From Bispira polyomma (lineage: Eukaryota): a stretch of DNA of 64,000 nucleotides. The translations under genes and the position numbers were made by a program. The notes below the pieces were generated by a model. The model did no database searches. It saw nothing but the letters and a program-made list of their open reading frames with translations, and was not told the DNA's origin. This document shows, in pieces, positions 63,485-64,000 of this stretch. The DNA lies in NCBI GenBank assembly GCA_965649765.1, contig OZ287753.1:7440001-7504000 (forward strand), read 5' to 3'. Each line of letters begins with the position of its first letter. The first letter of the stretch is position 1.

Positions 63485-64000
63485 CTAAAATCACAATTGT
63501 TAGTCATAATAATAATATACTTGTATCATTAAACTATGCTTTTCAGAACAAAATAGTAAAAGTGGGAAATTTACTATGTCACATCAATTAGTGTTTTAGT
63601 GATGTTTCTCAAATAGAAATACAATCTAAAATTAAAAAGTATGACGGTCAAACATTATAAAAATAAGTAACATCAAAGAGCAGGAATTAAGAGATTCAGC
63701 AACTACAAACATCCAGTCAGTCTATGTTTACTTGGCCATCTCAAGAAAGTTTCCAAGCATGGCGAAATATACTCTTCACTAGACTTGGATAATAGTCAAC
63801 TTCTGATGTGGAAAAAGAGTAAAACTATTTTGAACACCACCTATATTTTGCAAATAGTTGTGTAGAATGATTTTAGAAAATAAAACCATTTCTTATATGT
63901 GCTTTAATTCTTGTGTTTAAATAAATATCAATCATTTCCAAGGAATATTTTGGGGGTCTTTCTTTCAGAGGTATTTATAGTCTGGTCTAACTGTATTAAC

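Larger units (their letters stand above)
33290..64000. repeat. Tandem array of exon+intron units (about 790 bp; about 660-bp and 398-bp deletion variants), 31 or more copies
   Basis: The intron sequence is repeated along with each exon (for example gcatggctaaatatactcttcactagacttggataat). The leftmost partial copy at 33290-33610 is diverged. The array is still running at base 64000. Confidence 0.97.

Noticed and set aside
34495-63591. Repeated plus-strand ORFs [23 protein letters not shown]...
   Set aside because: Antisense shadows of the EGF exons, mostly with non-ATG starts and variable ends.
33290-64000. CRISPR-like or diversity-generating retroelement reading of repeats lying near reverse transcriptases
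   Set aside because: Units are whole exon+intron duplicates without unique spacers. The RTs are ordinary truncated L2 and Gypsy elements, and exon variation is not restricted to adenines.

Overview
AT-rich, intron-containing animal DNA (probably a marine invertebrate; this is inference) with one assembly gap at 23573-23726. Two spliced genes can be reconstructed by hand on the minus strand. Gene A (CDS 11250->2079, 9 coding exons, about 320 aa) is a complete small secreted protein: signal peptide-TSP1-EGF-CUB-EGF. Gene B (3' part only, 63484->29017) is a very large single-pass membrane protein. It has at least 31 near-identical, acidic, calcium-binding EGF exons of 114 bp (all phase 1-1), each in a roughly 790-bp exon+intron unit, and the array runs off the right edge. 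These are followed by 5 unique EGF domains, a furin-type RQRR site, a transmembrane helix and a short Ser/Thr/Asp-rich tail. The array shows concerted evolution, higher-order duplications and intronic insertions: a tRNA-derived SINE twice, a Helentron-like endonuclease fragment, an L2 LINE, and a duplicated Gmr1-like Gypsy fragment whose LTR is in the sense orientation. A 68-bp minisatellite made of copies of the TM-exon end plus its splice donor fills the last intron. The rest is LINE, SINE and MITE debris and decayed duplicated segments. All coordinates and splice models were derived by eye and need RNA-seq confirmation.
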